A DNA stretch of 63,479 nucleotides, counting the filler, from Eubacteriales bacterium (GTDB taxonomy: Bacteria > Bacillota > Clostridia > Oscillospirales > CAG-382): NCBI GenBank assembly GCA_045636665.1. It is 10 parts of 10 records of this genome, joined end to end, with 100 filler letters (N's around TTAATTAATTAA, not from the genome) between each part and the next. Parts side by side here need not be neighbours in the genome. Positions count along the whole stretch, not along the records: positions 1 to 24,041 come from JAZTXY010000047.1; 9 more parts are not named here. One strand, 5' to 3'. Position 1 is the first letter of the stretch, and every line of letters begins with the position of its first letter. The notes under the pieces are model-generated. The model saw only the letters and a program-made list of their open reading frames with translations. It made no database searches and was not told where the DNA came from. Of the stretch, positions 1-10,467 are shown in pieces. Both the position numbers and the translations under genes were made by a program.

Positions 1-2
1 AG

Positions 3-314
3 CGAGTTTTCCAAAGCGACTCTTGCCAGCGACGAAAGCGTGCCGCCGCAAAGGGAAACGATAACGCCGTCTTTAAAGGAAAGTCCTTTCATATCAGTCG
101 TCGAAATAACCGCGCCGTTATAACCCTCGTCGGTGAAAATAAGGTTCGAGCAATTGCCGACGACAATATATTTTTCACCCTTTTCGCGGAAATATCTGAT
201 AGCGCTTACCAATTCCTCCTCGGTTTTGGGAAGCACCAAATATTTTGCGTTTCCGCCGACCTTCATCGAGCAAAGGGGCGCAAGATTTATATTTTCTTTG
301 CAGTTGAAATTCAT
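3..314 (-). CDS. murB: UDP-N-acetylmuramate dehydrogenase, N-terminal part (runs off window)
   Basis: Manual translation MNFNCKENINLAPLCSMKVGGNAKYLVLP...VVGNCSNLIFTDEGYNGAVI; MurB FAD-binding motifs; absent from the ORF track. Confidence 0.9.
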   Translation of the reverse strand, partial: MNFNCKENINLAPLCSMKVGGNAKYLVLPKTEEELVSAIRYFREKGEKYIVVGNCSNLIFTDEGYNGAVISTTDMKGLSFKDGVIVSLCGGTLSSLARVALENS

Positions 315-413
315 TCTCTTAACCGCTCCGATACAATTCATAATTATTCACCTTACATTATACTATAAACTTTCGATAATTACAATAAAAAGAAAGAAAA
401 TTTTTCAAACGTC

Positions 414-442
414 TTGACCTTTAGTTAGTTATTTGATAAAAT
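414..442 (+). promoter_or_regulatory. sigmaA-type promoter
   Basis: TTGACC-17 nt-TAAAAT with TG extension. Confidence 0.6.
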
Positions 443-492
443 CGGAATAAATAGGGGAACGGTATGGTTGCCCTTTGGATAAGAGGGCAGAT

Positions 493-1569
493 ATGTACTG
501 TAAAAATTGCGGAAGCGAATTGCAAAACGGTTTGCAATTCTGTTCCGATTGCGGTGAAGCCGTGAATGGCGTTAACACCGAAAAAAACAGTAAAAAATCA
601 AAAAAAGCGGTCTGTATCGCGGTTTGTGTGATTTTGGCGGTCGCCTTGACGGTCGGCACTGTTTTTCTTTGCTTTTCGTATAACGGAAGCGCCTTTGACC
701 GTCTTACGTCGGCGACGCTCAACACCTTTTCATCCCCTTGTAAAATAACGGTCACCGACCTTTCGGGCGATGTTGCATCTCTGCTCGGCGGTACAAGCGT
801 TGAGCTTGTCATTCCCGATGCTCTGATAAAGGGCAGATATTCGCTTACCGCAGGCGATATTTCATATTACCGCCAAGACGGATTTGAATATTATTCTTAC
901 GAATCGAATGCAGGTCTTTTCCGCAGAGTTGCGCCCGATAACGAGGTTATGGGAATAGAGCTTGATATAAGCAAATATTTCGATTATCTCGCGCATATCG
1001 CAAGCGGCGATTATAAAGCACTTGCCGAGCTTATAAACAGCGAAACCTTTGCCGAAGACGTTATCAACGTCGGCAGATTTATTAAAAGAGTCAACGAAAT
1101 CATCGACACCTATTTTTCGGATGAGTATATGACCGAAAATTACGGCTTTGTTTATACCGAGGAAGACCAAAACGGAAAATATTCCTTTTCGCTGTCTGTT
1201 AATAAGGCTATCGATACGCTTTATGAAATCATCCAAGGGTCGAAGGATTGCTTTGCCACGGCTGACGAATATAATATGGTGCTCGATAATATCCGCGATG
1301 CGAGAAATGAAATGGGCAAGCGCGGAGATGAAACGACCGTCGGTATTGAAATTACGGTATCGAACGAGCTTATTCGTGATATTAACGTAAAAATCACCGA
1401 AAATGACGAATCGGTTTCGGCAGGGCTTGAATTTTCCGATTACGGCACCGCAACGGTTGGCGCCGAAATATGCGCCGAGTTTGACACGCGCAAGGAACAG
1501 CTTGGTCAAAAGGACTATCTTGTGTGGTACGGGCCGATAACCTATTCCGATTATTACGAAAAAGATTAA
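493..1569 (+). CDS. Zinc-ribbon domain membrane protein
   Basis: MYCKNCG...FCSDCG zinc ribbon, one TM helix, large acidic C-terminal domain. Confidence 0.75.
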   Translation: MYCKNCGSELQNGLQFCSDCGEAVNGVNTEKNSKKSKKAVCIAVCVILAVALTVGTVFLCFSYNGSAFDRLTSATLNTFSSPCKITVTDLSGDVASLLGGTSVELVIPDALIKGRYSLTAGDISYYRQDGFEYYSYESNAGLFRRVAPDNEVMGIELDISKYFDYLAHIASGDYKALAELINSETFAEDVINVGRFIKRVNEIIDTYFSDEYMTENYGFVYTEEDQNGKYSFSLSVNKAIDTLYEIIQGSKDCFATADEYNMVLDNIRDARNEMGKRGDETTVGIEITVSNELIRDINVKITENDESVSAGLEFSDYGTATVGAEICAEFDTRKEQLGQKDYLVWYGPITYSDYYEKD

Positions 1570-1579
1570 AGGATAAAAA

Positions 1580-2059
1580 ATGTTAAATTATTTAATCGTT
1601 CTGGCAATCAGTATGGTGCCCGTTATCGAATTGCGCGGCGCTATACCCATAGGACTTTATAGCTTTGGGCTTGATATTGTTCCGGTGGCGCTTCTTTCAT
1701 TCATCGGCAACCTTATTCCCGTGCCGTTTCTCATCCTTTTCGGCGGCAAGGTTTTAAGATATTTTGCAAGCTTTGAAAAATTCGGGCGTCCGTTCCGCAA
1801 AATACTTGAAATAGGCGAAAAAAAGGTCGCAAAAATGAATTCGGGCGCAAAACGCGCGCTCTTTTGGGGACTTTTCCTTTTCGTGGCAATTCCTCTCCCC
1901 GGCACAGGTGCTTGGACGGGTGCGCTTATTGCAATAACGCTCGGACTTGACCTTAAAAAAAGCTTTCTTCCGATTGCGCTCGGCGTACTCGGCGCAGGAG
2001 CTATTATCGTAACTTTGTTCTATTTTGCTCCCGAAGTGTTTAAAACACTTGTGGGTTGA
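1580..2059 (+). CDS. Small multidrug export family (COG2426) membrane protein
   Basis: SMVPVIELRGAIP and FVAIPLPGTGAWTG motifs. Confidence 0.85.
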   Translation: MLNYLIVLAISMVPVIELRGAIPIGLYSFGLDIVPVALLSFIGNLIPVPFLILFGGKVLRYFASFEKFGRPFRKILEIGEKKVAKMNSGAKRALFWGLFLFVAIPLPGTGAWTGALIAITLGLDLKKSFLPIALGVLGAGAIIVTLFYFAPEVFKTLVG

Positions 2060-2103
2060 CCTAATAAAAATAAAAAAACATAATGAATTTTATGAGGTGA
2101 ATT

Positions 2104-2985
2104 ATGGCTAATTTCAAAATTGGCGTTATGACCGACTCCTTCAAACTCCCCTTCGAGCAGGGCCTCGCTAAAGCGGCTGAGGTTGGTGCACAAGGCATCC
2201 AGCTTTACGTTGTTGAGGGCGAAAACAAATACGATACCTTTGACGATGCAAAGGTTGAACGCGTTCGCGGTCTTTTGGACCAATACGGACTCGTTATCTC
2301 CGCTGTTTGCGGCGACTTCGGCGGTCACGGCTTTGAACGTGCTGACGAAAACGCTTGGAAGATCCCTGCAAGCAAAGCGGTTGCAGACCTTGCCGTACGT
2401 CTTGGCACCAAGGTAGTTACCACCCACATCGGTGTTGTTCCCGAATGCGCGGAGGATACCAATAAATGTGATACCGAATGCGAAGCATACAAGAATATGC
2501 TTAATGCTTGCCGTGAAATCGGCGAATATGCCGCTTCCGTCGGCGTTACCTTCGCAATCGAAACCGGTCCCGAACCCGCAGCGCGTCTTAAGTCATTCCT
2601 TGACGACGTTAATTCCAAGGGCTTCGGCGTAAATATGGACCCTGCAAACCTTGTTATGTGCACCGGTACCGATCCTGTTGAAGCGGTTTATACCCTCGGC
2701 AGCTATATCGTTCATACCCACGCAAAGGACGGCAAGGGCTTTATTATCGATCCCCGTAAGGTTTACACCTTCTTCGCTGAAGGCGGCATTGAAGACCTTC
2801 GTCTTTCCGACTACTTCCTTGAAGTTCCTCTCGGAGAGGGTAACGTTCCCTTTGACGCATATCTTAAGGCACTTTCCGACATCGGCTTTAACGGCTTCCT
2901 TACCGTTGAACGCGAATGCGGCGACGATCCCTATGCCGACATTCTCCTTGCAGTAAACTTCTTGAAGGACAAGATCGGAGCATAA
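2104..2985 (+). CDS. Sugar phosphate isomerase/epimerase (xylose isomerase-like TIM barrel)
   Basis: AIETGPE, NMDPANL, HTHAKD, VPLGEG, TVERE motifs. Confidence 0.85.
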   Translation: MANFKIGVMTDSFKLPFEQGLAKAAEVGAQGIQLYVVEGENKYDTFDDAKVERVRGLLDQYGLVISAVCGDFGGHGFERADENAWKIPASKAVADLAVRLGTKVVTTHIGVVPECAEDTNKCDTECEAYKNMLNACREIGEYAASVGVTFAIETGPEPAARLKSFLDDVNSKGFGVNMDPANLVMCTGTDPVEAVYTLGSYIVHTHAKDGKGFIIDPRKVYTFFAEGGIEDLRLSDYFLEVPLGEGNVPFDAYLKALSDIGFNGFLTVERECGDDPYADILLAVNFLKDKIGA

Positions 2986-2987
2986 AA

Positions 2988-3821
2988 ATGATTAAGATCG
3001 GCTTTATTGATTATTTCCTTGACGAATGGCACGCTAACAACTATCCGAAATTTATCGCTCAGCAGTTTGGCGATGAATTCAAGGTTGCTTATGCTTATGC
3101 CGAAAAGGATAAGGAAGGCGGACTTACCACCGACGAATGGTGCGAAAAGTTCGGTGTTGAACGCTGCAACACCATTGCCGAGGTCGTTGAAAAGAGCGAT
3201 TGCATAATCGTTCTCTCGCCCGATAACCCCGAAAGACATTTAGACCTCTGTCGCGAACCGCTTGCAAGCGGCAAACGCGTTTACGTTGACAAGACCTTTG
3301 CGCTCACCAAGGATATTGCAAAGGAAATCGTTGCTATCGGCGAAGCAAACAACACACCCTTCTTCTCGACCTCTGCGCTCCGTTTCGCAAACGAATTGGC
3401 AGAGGTTCCGCGCGAAGGCATTTGCTTTATCAACTCTCGCGGTCCCGGCAGATTCGATACCTATGCTATCCACCAAATCGAGCCTATAGTTGTTCTTATG
3501 GGCAGTGAGGTTAAGAGAATTATGTCGGTCGGCAGCGGCTATGAAACCATGGTTATCGAATTTTCTAACGGCAGACGCGCTGTTATGAGCCACTACGATT
3601 GGAAGGGCATCGATTTTGAAATGGTCGTTAACTACGAAGACGGCTCTATCTACAAGGTTCCCCAGATGACCGGTTATTTCGATAACTTCATTAACAAGCT
3701 CTGCACCTTCTTCAAAACCGGCGAAACCTTTGCCGACCATGCCGAAACCGTTTCGGTAATGGGCATTATCGAAGCAGGTAACAAAGCAATTGCAAACCCC
3801 GGCGAGTGGATCGAGGTTTAA
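2988..3821 (+). CDS. Gfo/Idh/MocA-like oxidoreductase
   Basis: IKIGFID Rossmann start, VYVDKTFA, FSTSALRF, YAIHQIE; ATG 2 nt after upstream stop. Confidence 0.7.
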   Translation: MIKIGFIDYFLDEWHANNYPKFIAQQFGDEFKVAYAYAEKDKEGGLTTDEWCEKFGVERCNTIAEVVEKSDCIIVLSPDNPERHLDLCREPLASGKRVYVDKTFALTKDIAKEIVAIGEANNTPFFSTSALRFANELAEVPREGICFINSRGPGRFDTYAIHQIEPIVVLMGSEVKRIMSVGSGYETMVIEFSNGRRAVMSHYDWKGIDFEMVVNYEDGSIYKVPQMTGYFDNFINKLCTFFKTGETFADHAETVSVMGIIEAGNKAIANPGEWIEV

Positions 3822-3836
3822 TCTGAATAATTATGC

Positions 3837-3866
3837 AAAAAGGTCGTTTTCAAAACGGCCTTTTTT
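3837..3866 (+). terminator. Rho-independent terminator
   Basis: AGGTCGTTTT-C-AAAACGGCCT inverted repeat followed by a T run. Confidence 0.65.
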
Positions 3867-3945
3867 CTTGCGACGTTGCTATTGAGGGATGACTGTAAAA
3901 AACAAGAAAGACAGAGAAATTTTTCGTTCTCTGTCTTTTGTTTAT

Positions 3946-5043
3946 TTAAACGTATTCAAGCTTAACTCTGTGCTTCAGCGAGCAAAGAATCTCATAATTT
4001 ATCGTGCCCAACGCGTTTGCAAGCCGTTCGATATCCTCGGCCGTTTCAAAAATGACCGCCTCGTCACGTACCGAGCATTCAAAATCAAGCCCGATATCCA
4101 CCATGCACATATCCATACATATCCTTCCGACGGTAGCAAAGGTCTTGCCGTTGATACGGATAAGCTCCTTGCCCGAATATACGCGCGAAAATCCGTCGGC
4201 ATACCCGATGGCGATGACCGCAACGCGAGTATCGCGCTTTGCGCGGTAACCGCATCCGTAGCTTACACAATCCCCCGTTTTGAGCGTATGAACGGCACAA
4301 ACGCGTGCCGAAAGCCGCATAGCAGGGCGGATATTTTCGTCCTTTATATTCGCAGAGGGCATAAGACCGAAAAGTATAATTCCGGCTCTGACCATATCGA
4401 GATGCATTTCAGGGTATCTTATCGTCGCCGCGCTGTTACAGCAATGGCGGATTCCTACGTTTATATTGCGCGCTTCAAGCTCGGAAAGCAGAGCAGTAAA
4501 TATTTTGTACTGCCATCTTGTAAATTGCTCGCCGTCGCCGTCGCTGTCGGCAAAGTGGGTGAATATCCCCTCGACGGATATATTTTCAAGCGATGCTATA
4601 CCGCTTATTTCATCCGCGCAGGGAGAAATATACATTTCGCTATGGCAATAGATGCCGAGACGCGACATACCTGTATCGACCTTGATATGCACTCTCACTC
4701 TGCCGCGCTTGGCAAGCGCTTTCGCATAATCAAGACTGTCGACGGTCTGTATGAAATCACCCTCGATTACTTCGTTGATAAGCTTTGCGTCTGTCGGGCC
4801 GAGAATAAGGATGTTGCCGGTTATGCCGAAGGCTCGAAGTTCCTGCGCCTCGCTGAGACAAGCAACGGCAAAATCGGTGCAACCAAGGGCTTCGAGCTTT
4901 CTCGCAACCGCAATCGAGCCGTGACCGTAAGCATCGGCTTTAACGACCGCCATCACACGCGCGTCGCCGACAAGCGATTTTATGTAATTGTAGTTGTGTC
5001 CGATGCGGTCAAGATCGACTCGCGCCGTTACTCTGTGCTTCAT
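3946..5043 (-). CDS. alr: Alanine racemase
   Basis: AVVKADAYGHG, HIKVDTGMSRLG, IGYADG, GRICMD, TINYE. Confidence 0.97.
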   Translation of the reverse strand: MKHRVTARVDLDRIGHNYNYIKSLVGDARVMAVVKADAYGHGSIAVARKLEALGCTDFAVACLSEAQELRAFGITGNILILGPTDAKLINEVIEGDFIQTVDSLDYAKALAKRGRVRVHIKVDTGMSRLGIYCHSEMYISPCADEISGIASLENISVEGIFTHFADSDGDGEQFTRWQYKIFTALLSELEARNINVGIRHCCNSAATIRYPEMHLDMVRAGIILFGLMPSANIKDENIRPAMRLSARVCAVHTLKTGDCVSYGCGYRAKRDTRVAVIAIGYADGFSRVYSGKELIRINGKTFATVGRICMDMCMVDIGLDFECSVRDEAVIFETAEDIERLANALGTINYEILCSLKHRVKLEYV

Positions 5044-5566
5044 AAGGTTCAAGATCGGACAGTGCAAATTCAAAAACCCGTCCGAGCTCCTCCGTTCTTA
5101 TGCCGATTACTTTGTTGGTATCTTTATCATAATACACCAAAATCGAGGTTTCGTCAATAGTGTACTTAACGCCGTTTTCATTTTCGGCTCCCTCAATTTC
5201 GCTGTTTACAATCAACCGAATCGCCTTCATTAAGGCTTTCATTGCGGGAAATTTGTTTTCGTCGACAGGAAACTTAAATTCACCGACGGAGGTATAGCTG
5301 TTGCCGTCCTCGAAGTGGAGCGTCGCGCCACCGAGAATACTCGTGTCCGCAAATTCGACGTCACAATATGAGCTTGTGATATTTACAAAATACCGCGAAT
5401 CGCTTCCCGCCGTGCTTGCCGAAAATCGCATCGGAAGCATAAATTGATCCCTGATATCGATATTGCTTTTGCAAGACGAAAGCAGAAGTATCAAAAACGA
5501 AAAAACGACTAAAAATGTCTTTTTCAAAAAACGCAACCCCTTAAAATTTTGGGGACGTTCAGCCAA
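5009..5566 (-). CDS. Hypothetical lipoprotein in the ydcC-like position upstream of alr
   Basis: Lipobox LLLSSC; overlaps both nnrD and alr. Confidence 0.55.
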   Translation of the reverse strand: MAERPQNFKGLRFLKKTFLVVFSFLILLLSSCKSNIDIRDQFMLPMRFSASTAGSDSRYFVNITSSYCDVEFADTSILGGATLHFEDGNSYTSVGEFKFPVDENKFPAMKALMKAIRLIVNSEIEGAENENGVKYTIDETSILVYYDKDTNKVIGIRTEELGRVFEFALSDLEPYEAQSNGASRS

Positions 5567-6371
5567 GTATTCTGCCTATCTCCTTCGGTAGGTCGGAGGG
5601 TATCACACCGCTTTTTCCATAGCTTTTCACAAGGTTATCCGCCGCAAGCCCGTGAACGTAAACGCCTAATTTTGCCGCGTCGATCGCACTGTAGCCCTGC
5701 GCGAGAAGTGAAGCGATAACGCCCGCCAAAACGTCGCCGCTGCCGCCCTTTGCGAGTGCGCTTGAACCGCTTTGGTTTATGAAAATATCGCCGTTTGAAT
5801 CGGCAACAACGGTGTTTTTGCCCTTAAGCACGAGTATGCAGTTATGCTCCCTTGCAAAATTCATTGCAATTTCTTCACGGCTCGCCTGAATCTCATCGAT
5901 GCTCGTTTTGCAAAGCCGTGCCATTTCACCGGGATGCGGTGTGAGAATTTTTTGGCATTTCATTTTCCCCAATACATCAATATGCTGTGAGAGAAAATTT
6001 ATGCAATCGGCATCGAGCACACAAGGGGCGTTGCAATCGGTCAAAATTTCTTCAAGACAGACGTCATAGGTGCGACCGATACCGCAACCGCAAAGAAATG
6101 CGGTGTAATTTGTGTTTTTTATATCTTCCAAGGACAAAAAGGTCGGCTCGAAAAGGATTTGCTGTATTTTGTCAAGCGTATCTTCGTTTCCGCAAAAGCG
6201 CAAAAGCCCAACACCGCTTCTTAATGCGCCCATAGCCGAAAAATATGCCGCGCCCGTCATATTTTTACTGCCGCAAAGGGTTAAAAGCGTACCGAAATCG
6301 CCCTTGCTCGAATCCTCTTTGCGCGGCTTTATTAAATTCAAGGTCTTTTCGTCAAGCAAATTTCTTTCCAT
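5559..6371 (-). CDS. nnrD: NAD(P)H-hydrate dehydratase
   Basis: KGDFG, VLDAD, LTPHPGEMARL, LAKGGSGDVLAG. Confidence 0.93.
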   Translation of the reverse strand: MERNLLDEKTLNLIKPRKEDSSKGDFGTLLTLCGSKNMTGAAYFSAMGALRSGVGLLRFCGNEDTLDKIQQILFEPTFLSLEDIKNTNYTAFLCGCGIGRTYDVCLEEILTDCNAPCVLDADCINFLSQHIDVLGKMKCQKILTPHPGEMARLCKTSIDEIQASREEIAMNFAREHNCILVLKGKNTVVADSNGDIFINQSGSSALAKGGSGDVLAGVIASLLAQGYSAIDAAKLGVYVHGLAADNLVKSYGKSGVIPSDLPKEIGRILG

Positions 6372-6409
6372 AAGCTTTTTCGCTCCGTGTCTTTTGGGAT
6401 AACCCTATT

Positions 6410-7129
6410 TTAACACGGAGAACAGCAGTTTTCAATAGCTTTCGGCAGGGTAAGATTCCCGTTTGTATAAATCGGCACGATACGGTTATAGATATAACTG
6501 TATCCGAACAAGCCGTAAACGGTTTCGTCCTTGAAAAAAAGCATTCTTAACGAAAGCTTGCTGTCAACAACGGCGCTTTGCGATTTTCCGTTGTCCGAAA
6601 TTGTTACGACGGTAAAATTGCTTTTGCGGGTAGCAAAGGCGAATCTTTCCTCGCCGAATGAAATAAAATCGGTTATCGTTTCGCCGTTATCCGCCCTGCA
6701 AAGCTGTGAAGCCATATTTCCGTTTGAATCGAAAAGGAAAGCCGCCTTTTCGAAAGCGGTCACGAAAAATTGTCCGTTCGACAAAAAGATTGACGAAACG
6801 TCGGTCATTGCGCCGAAATTCAAGGCGGAATTGCAACCGACGCTTATTCTTGTATAGCCCAGCTCGTTAAAATTTTCGTCGATACAGTAAATTCGGTTAC
6901 TGCAATCGCATCCCAATGCGGTAAAAACGTTGTTTTCTTCCATATACCGCAACCTTGTGTATGCGCGTGCGGTACAGATTTGGTGTGAATAGTTCCCGCA
7001 TAAATCGAAAAGGTGAACGTTACATTCCCTTCCGTCTGCGGCATATATATTTTCGTCTTTAATCAACGCGCTTGTCGCCGCAAGCGAATTGTTAAGCATA
7101 AATCGTTTAATGCCGTTCAAGTCAATCAC
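6410..7129 (-). CDS. Hypothetical protein
   Basis: 239-aa ORF, no motif recognised; start codon uncertain. Confidence 0.55.
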   Translation of the reverse strand: MIDLNGIKRFMLNNSLAATSALIKDENIYAADGRECNVHLFDLCGNYSHQICTARAYTRLRYMEENNVFTALGCDCSNRIYCIDENFNELGYTRISVGCNSALNFGAMTDVSSIFLSNGQFFVTAFEKAAFLFDSNGNMASQLCRADNGETITDFISFGEERFAFATRKSNFTVVTISDNGKSQSAVVDSKLSLRMLFFKDETVYGLFGYSYIYNRIVPIYTNGNLTLPKAIENCCSPC

Positions 7130-7238
7130 CTCTTATGTAAATATATGCATTAAATATGATTAATTTTACTTGATTTTTTATATATCGCGTTTTATAATAA
7201 ATCTATTAGGGCAAACTGCTCTGAAATGAGGAATAACA

Positions 7239-8279
7239 ATGAAAAAAGCACTTATATTGTTTTTGATATTTTCGATATTTCCGATGTCGTTTTGCGCCTG
7301 CTTAAGCACCGAAAATAACGACGCGGGTCAATCGGAAAACGACAAAGAATATACGTCGGACGATAAAATCGAGCTTTCCGATATTCCGACTATCAACGGC
7401 GTTTCGGTCGATGCCTCCGAAAATGAAAGGGACAGCTATAAAACCGTTGTTATCGGCGATTCGATAGCGCGCGGATATGGGCTTGAATCACCCGAAAGTA
7501 TGCGTTTTTCGTCGCTTTTGGAGCTTTCGCTTAAATCGGTCTACAAGGAAGCAAGCGTTGCGAATTACGGCGTTGACGGTCGTACGGGGGCGGAATTGGT
7601 CGAATTTTTAAAAACGACTCCGCCCGAGGAGCTTAAGGATTGCGACAGCGTGATAATCAGCATCGGCGGCAACAATATTTTACAAATGCTTGACACTGTC
7701 GAAACCGCAATGAACGCATTGACGGAGCTCGACCCGAAGGCGGTTGCCGATTATTTTAAATACACAATGACACCCGAGGGCGAGGAAAAGGAAAAGCTTG
7801 CCTATGCCTGCGACGTGTTAAGCGGTGTGTTCGGCGCAATAAATATCGCCTTTGAAAGCGAAACCTTCAATTCGCTCATCACCGATGCAGGCAAGCGCTT
7901 GGAGGTAGAAATTCCCCAAATGATTGCCGAAATACGAAAAATAAATCCCAACGCGACGATTTATTTCCAAACGGTTTATAACCCGTATAAGGATATAAAT
8001 CTTTCGTTTCAGGACGTTGAGCAAAAGCTTAATCTTGCCGCTCACGGCGAGAGAGCGGTTGCATGTCTTAACGCGCCTATCGAATCTCTTGCCGAGAAAT
8101 ACGGATACGAGCTCGTTCCGGTATGGTCGGAATTTGACAAATCAAACAAAAAGCTTACAAATGCAGGTATAAGTCTGCTTACGGCAAACATCAGCTTCGA
8201 TCCGCATCCCAATGCAAACGGTCACGAGCTTATCGGAGAAATCTATTTCGACATAATTTCGGAGGAAAAAAATGATTAA
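7239..8279 (+). CDS. SGNH/GDSL hydrolase lipoprotein
   Basis: Signal peptide with Cys, IGDSIARGYG, SIGGNN, DPHPNANGH. Confidence 0.85.
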   Translation: MKKALILFLIFSIFPMSFCACLSTENNDAGQSENDKEYTSDDKIELSDIPTINGVSVDASENERDSYKTVVIGDSIARGYGLESPESMRFSSLLELSLKSVYKEASVANYGVDGRTGAELVEFLKTTPPEELKDCDSVIISIGGNNILQMLDTVETAMNALTELDPKAVADYFKYTMTPEGEEKEKLAYACDVLSGVFGAINIAFESETFNSLITDAGKRLEVEIPQMIAEIRKINPNATIYFQTVYNPYKDINLSFQDVEQKLNLAAHGERAVACLNAPIESLAEKYGYELVPVWSEFDKSNKKLTNAGISLLTANISFDPHPNANGHELIGEIYFDIISEEKND

Positions 8280-10395
8280 AAAGGCACTCCTTGTAACCCT
8301 CGCTTTGCTTTTAAATTCCTTTTGCCTTTCGGTTTCGGCACAAGCCGAGGAAAATTTAGTCGCCGGAATGTCATATACCGTCGAATCGGGCGAGCCGACA
8401 ACGATGTCCTACGATAATTTTGTTGAAAACGGCGTTAAATTCGACGTCGATAACGGTCAGCTTACCGACGGAAAGCTTGCGCCCGCTGTTGAAAGCAACG
8501 AGCTTTGGTATAAAGCGTTTCGTTCGCAAAGCCGATTCGTCACTTTTGACCTTAAAAGCAATTGCGCAATAACCAAGGTTCAAGCGTCGTTTTTCCATAA
8601 CCGTCCCTCGGGTGTTTACGCGCCGCGTTACATAAACGTTTATCTTTCCGATGACGGAACAAATTATCAAACCGTAAAAAAATACGAAACCAATTACGAC
8701 CTTACCTATTCGGTTGCCGCAAGATGCGAATTTGAGGTTGCACTTGATAAAACCTATTCGGCGCGCTTTGTAAAGGTCGAATTTTCAAGCGATATTTTTA
8801 CCTTTTGCGATGAAATTCAAGTGCTTGGCAGTAAAACGCTAAGCGGCGGCGAAGAAGCCGTTGCTCCCGATGAAATTGCCGAGCCGAAGGGATATTTCAA
8901 AAGTCTTGACGGCGTTTCCGACGTAATAAAGATTTACAACGGCTATTATGCCTCCAATCCCGAAAAAGCGATTCTTTCCGAGGAATGGCTTCTTCCGTAC
9001 GTTGCATATCTCGATGCAAACGGCAATATCCAAGGCACGATGTTTGATGCCGTTGCATTCGTACCCTGCCACGGCGATTATCCGTCGGGCGGCAGATTGG
9101 TAAAAACCAACGGCAAATCGGGTGCGGTAATGTCCGATTGGGAGCTTTATTTTGAGCATACCTTTAAGGACGGACAGGATCTGTACGCGCTGAATAACGT
9201 TGTCGGCAGAGTTTACGGCGAATTGGGAATCGAGAAAAAATACAAGGTGTTTTTAACAATGCCTTACCCGACGGTGCTCGATAAGCCCTTCGGCGATATC
9301 AACGGTGACGGAATCGACGAATATTGCGTAACGCTTGACGAGCGCACCGCAATAATCGAATGGTATGCCGACAAGTGCATAAACGCATTCAAGGAAAAGG
9401 GCTATGAAAATCTTGAGCTTGCAGGCTTTTATTGGTTGCGCGAGGAGATAAATTATTCCGATTCGAATCACGAGGCGGAGCTGGCAAAGGCGTTCAACGA
9501 ATATGTAACAAAAAGAAAATTAAAAACGATATTCGACCCGTTTTATCTTTCAATCGGCTTTGACCATTGGGAGGAGCTCGGTTTTTCTTCCGCGGTAATG
9601 CAGCCCAACGTTGCGTTTTCAAACAAGGATTATTTTGAAATCGGAATGCTTGATGAGTTTGCACAATCTGCGTACAACAATTATCTCGGCGTCGAAATGG
9701 AAACAAACGAGCCGTCGTATTTCAAAGGCGACGATTATTTAAAAGCGGGCTATAATTACGAAAGCTATCTTTATTACGGCGCAAAAACCGGATATATGAA
9801 CAGCTTTAAAACTTATTATCAGGGCGCCGGCCCCGGCAGCTTTTACGATTTCTGTTATGCCGATACCAAAACACCGCGCGGTATTTATCTCCGCCGTCTT
9901 TACGACCTTACGTTTAACTTTATTCATAACACCTACCGAAACGATGCTCCGAAGGTTGAAGTGAGCGATATGGAGCTTACCGAGGGCGATTCGCGCGGGA
10001 TGGTGACCATAAATATCGTTGACGAAGATTCGTTCTGGGGCGACGTTAAGGTTGAATTTCCTCAAGAGCCGCAAAACGGAAGCGTTGCGGCTGCGGCAAA
10101 TAAAAAAACACTCATCTACCGTGCAAACGACGGCTTTGTCGGCGAAGACAGCTTTACCGTTGTTGTTACCGACGGCTTTAACCGTTCGGAGGAGGTTACC
10201 GTTAAGGTGACGGTTCTTCCCTTGGAAACAAGCACCGGCGAATCAAATTCCGAAAGCGAGGATTCTGTTGGCGATTTAACGACAGAGCCCCAAATCGATA
10301 ACGGCGTACCGATTTGGCTTATCGCATTGTTGTCGGTTCTCGGTCTTGCAATCGTTGCTGTCGCGGCGGTTATGATAATAAAGCATAAGAAATAA
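8272..10395 (+). CDS. Surface protein: discoidin-like domain, DUF4855-like domain, Ig-like domain, C-terminal TM anchor
   Basis: Signal peptide; QLTDG..W..FDL; LAGFYWLRE, VMQPN, GVEME; YRANDGFVGEDSFT; hydrophobic tail ending KHKK. Confidence 0.7.
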   Translation: MIKKALLVTLALLLNSFCLSVSAQAEENLVAGMSYTVESGEPTTMSYDNFVENGVKFDVDNGQLTDGKLAPAVESNELWYKAFRSQSRFVTFDLKSNCAITKVQASFFHNRPSGVYAPRYINVYLSDDGTNYQTVKKYETNYDLTYSVAARCEFEVALDKTYSARFVKVEFSSDIFTFCDEIQVLGSKTLSGGEEAVAPDEIAEPKGYFKSLDGVSDVIKIYNGYYASNPEKAILSEEWLLPYVAYLDANGNIQGTMFDAVAFVPCHGDYPSGGRLVKTNGKSGAVMSDWELYFEHTFKDGQDLYALNNVVGRVYGELGIEKKYKVFLTMPYPTVLDKPFGDINGDGIDEYCVTLDERTAIIEWYADKCINAFKEKGYENLELAGFYWLREEINYSDSNHEAELAKAFNEYVTKRKLKTIFDPFYLSIGFDHWEELGFSSAVMQPNVAFSNKDYFEIGMLDEFAQSAYNNYLGVEMETNEPSYFKGDDYLKAGYNYESYLYYGAKTGYMNSFKTYYQGAGPGSFYDFCYADTKTPRGIYLRRLYDLTFNFIHNTYRNDAPKVEVSDMELTEGDSRGMVTINIVDEDSFWGDVKVEFPQEPQNGSVAAAANKKTLIYRANDGFVGEDSFTVVVTDGFNRSEEVTVKVTVLPLETSTGESNSESEDSVGDLTTEPQIDNGVPIWLIALLSVLGLAIVAVAAVMIIKHKK

Positions 10396-10397
10396 CA

Positions 10398-10424
10398 AAA
10401 AGGCACTCGTGATGAGTGCCTTTT
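10398..10424. terminator. Bidirectional terminator
   Basis: AAAAGGCACTC-GTGAT-GAGTGCCTTTT between convergent genes. Confidence 0.75.
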
Positions 10425-10467
10425 GACATTTAAAGCGAAAAGCGGTTTGTGTCGAAAGCAAAGCGCT

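Noticed and set aside
3889..5160. 423-aa plus-strand ORF
   Set aside because: Antisense shadow of alr with no recognisable motif.
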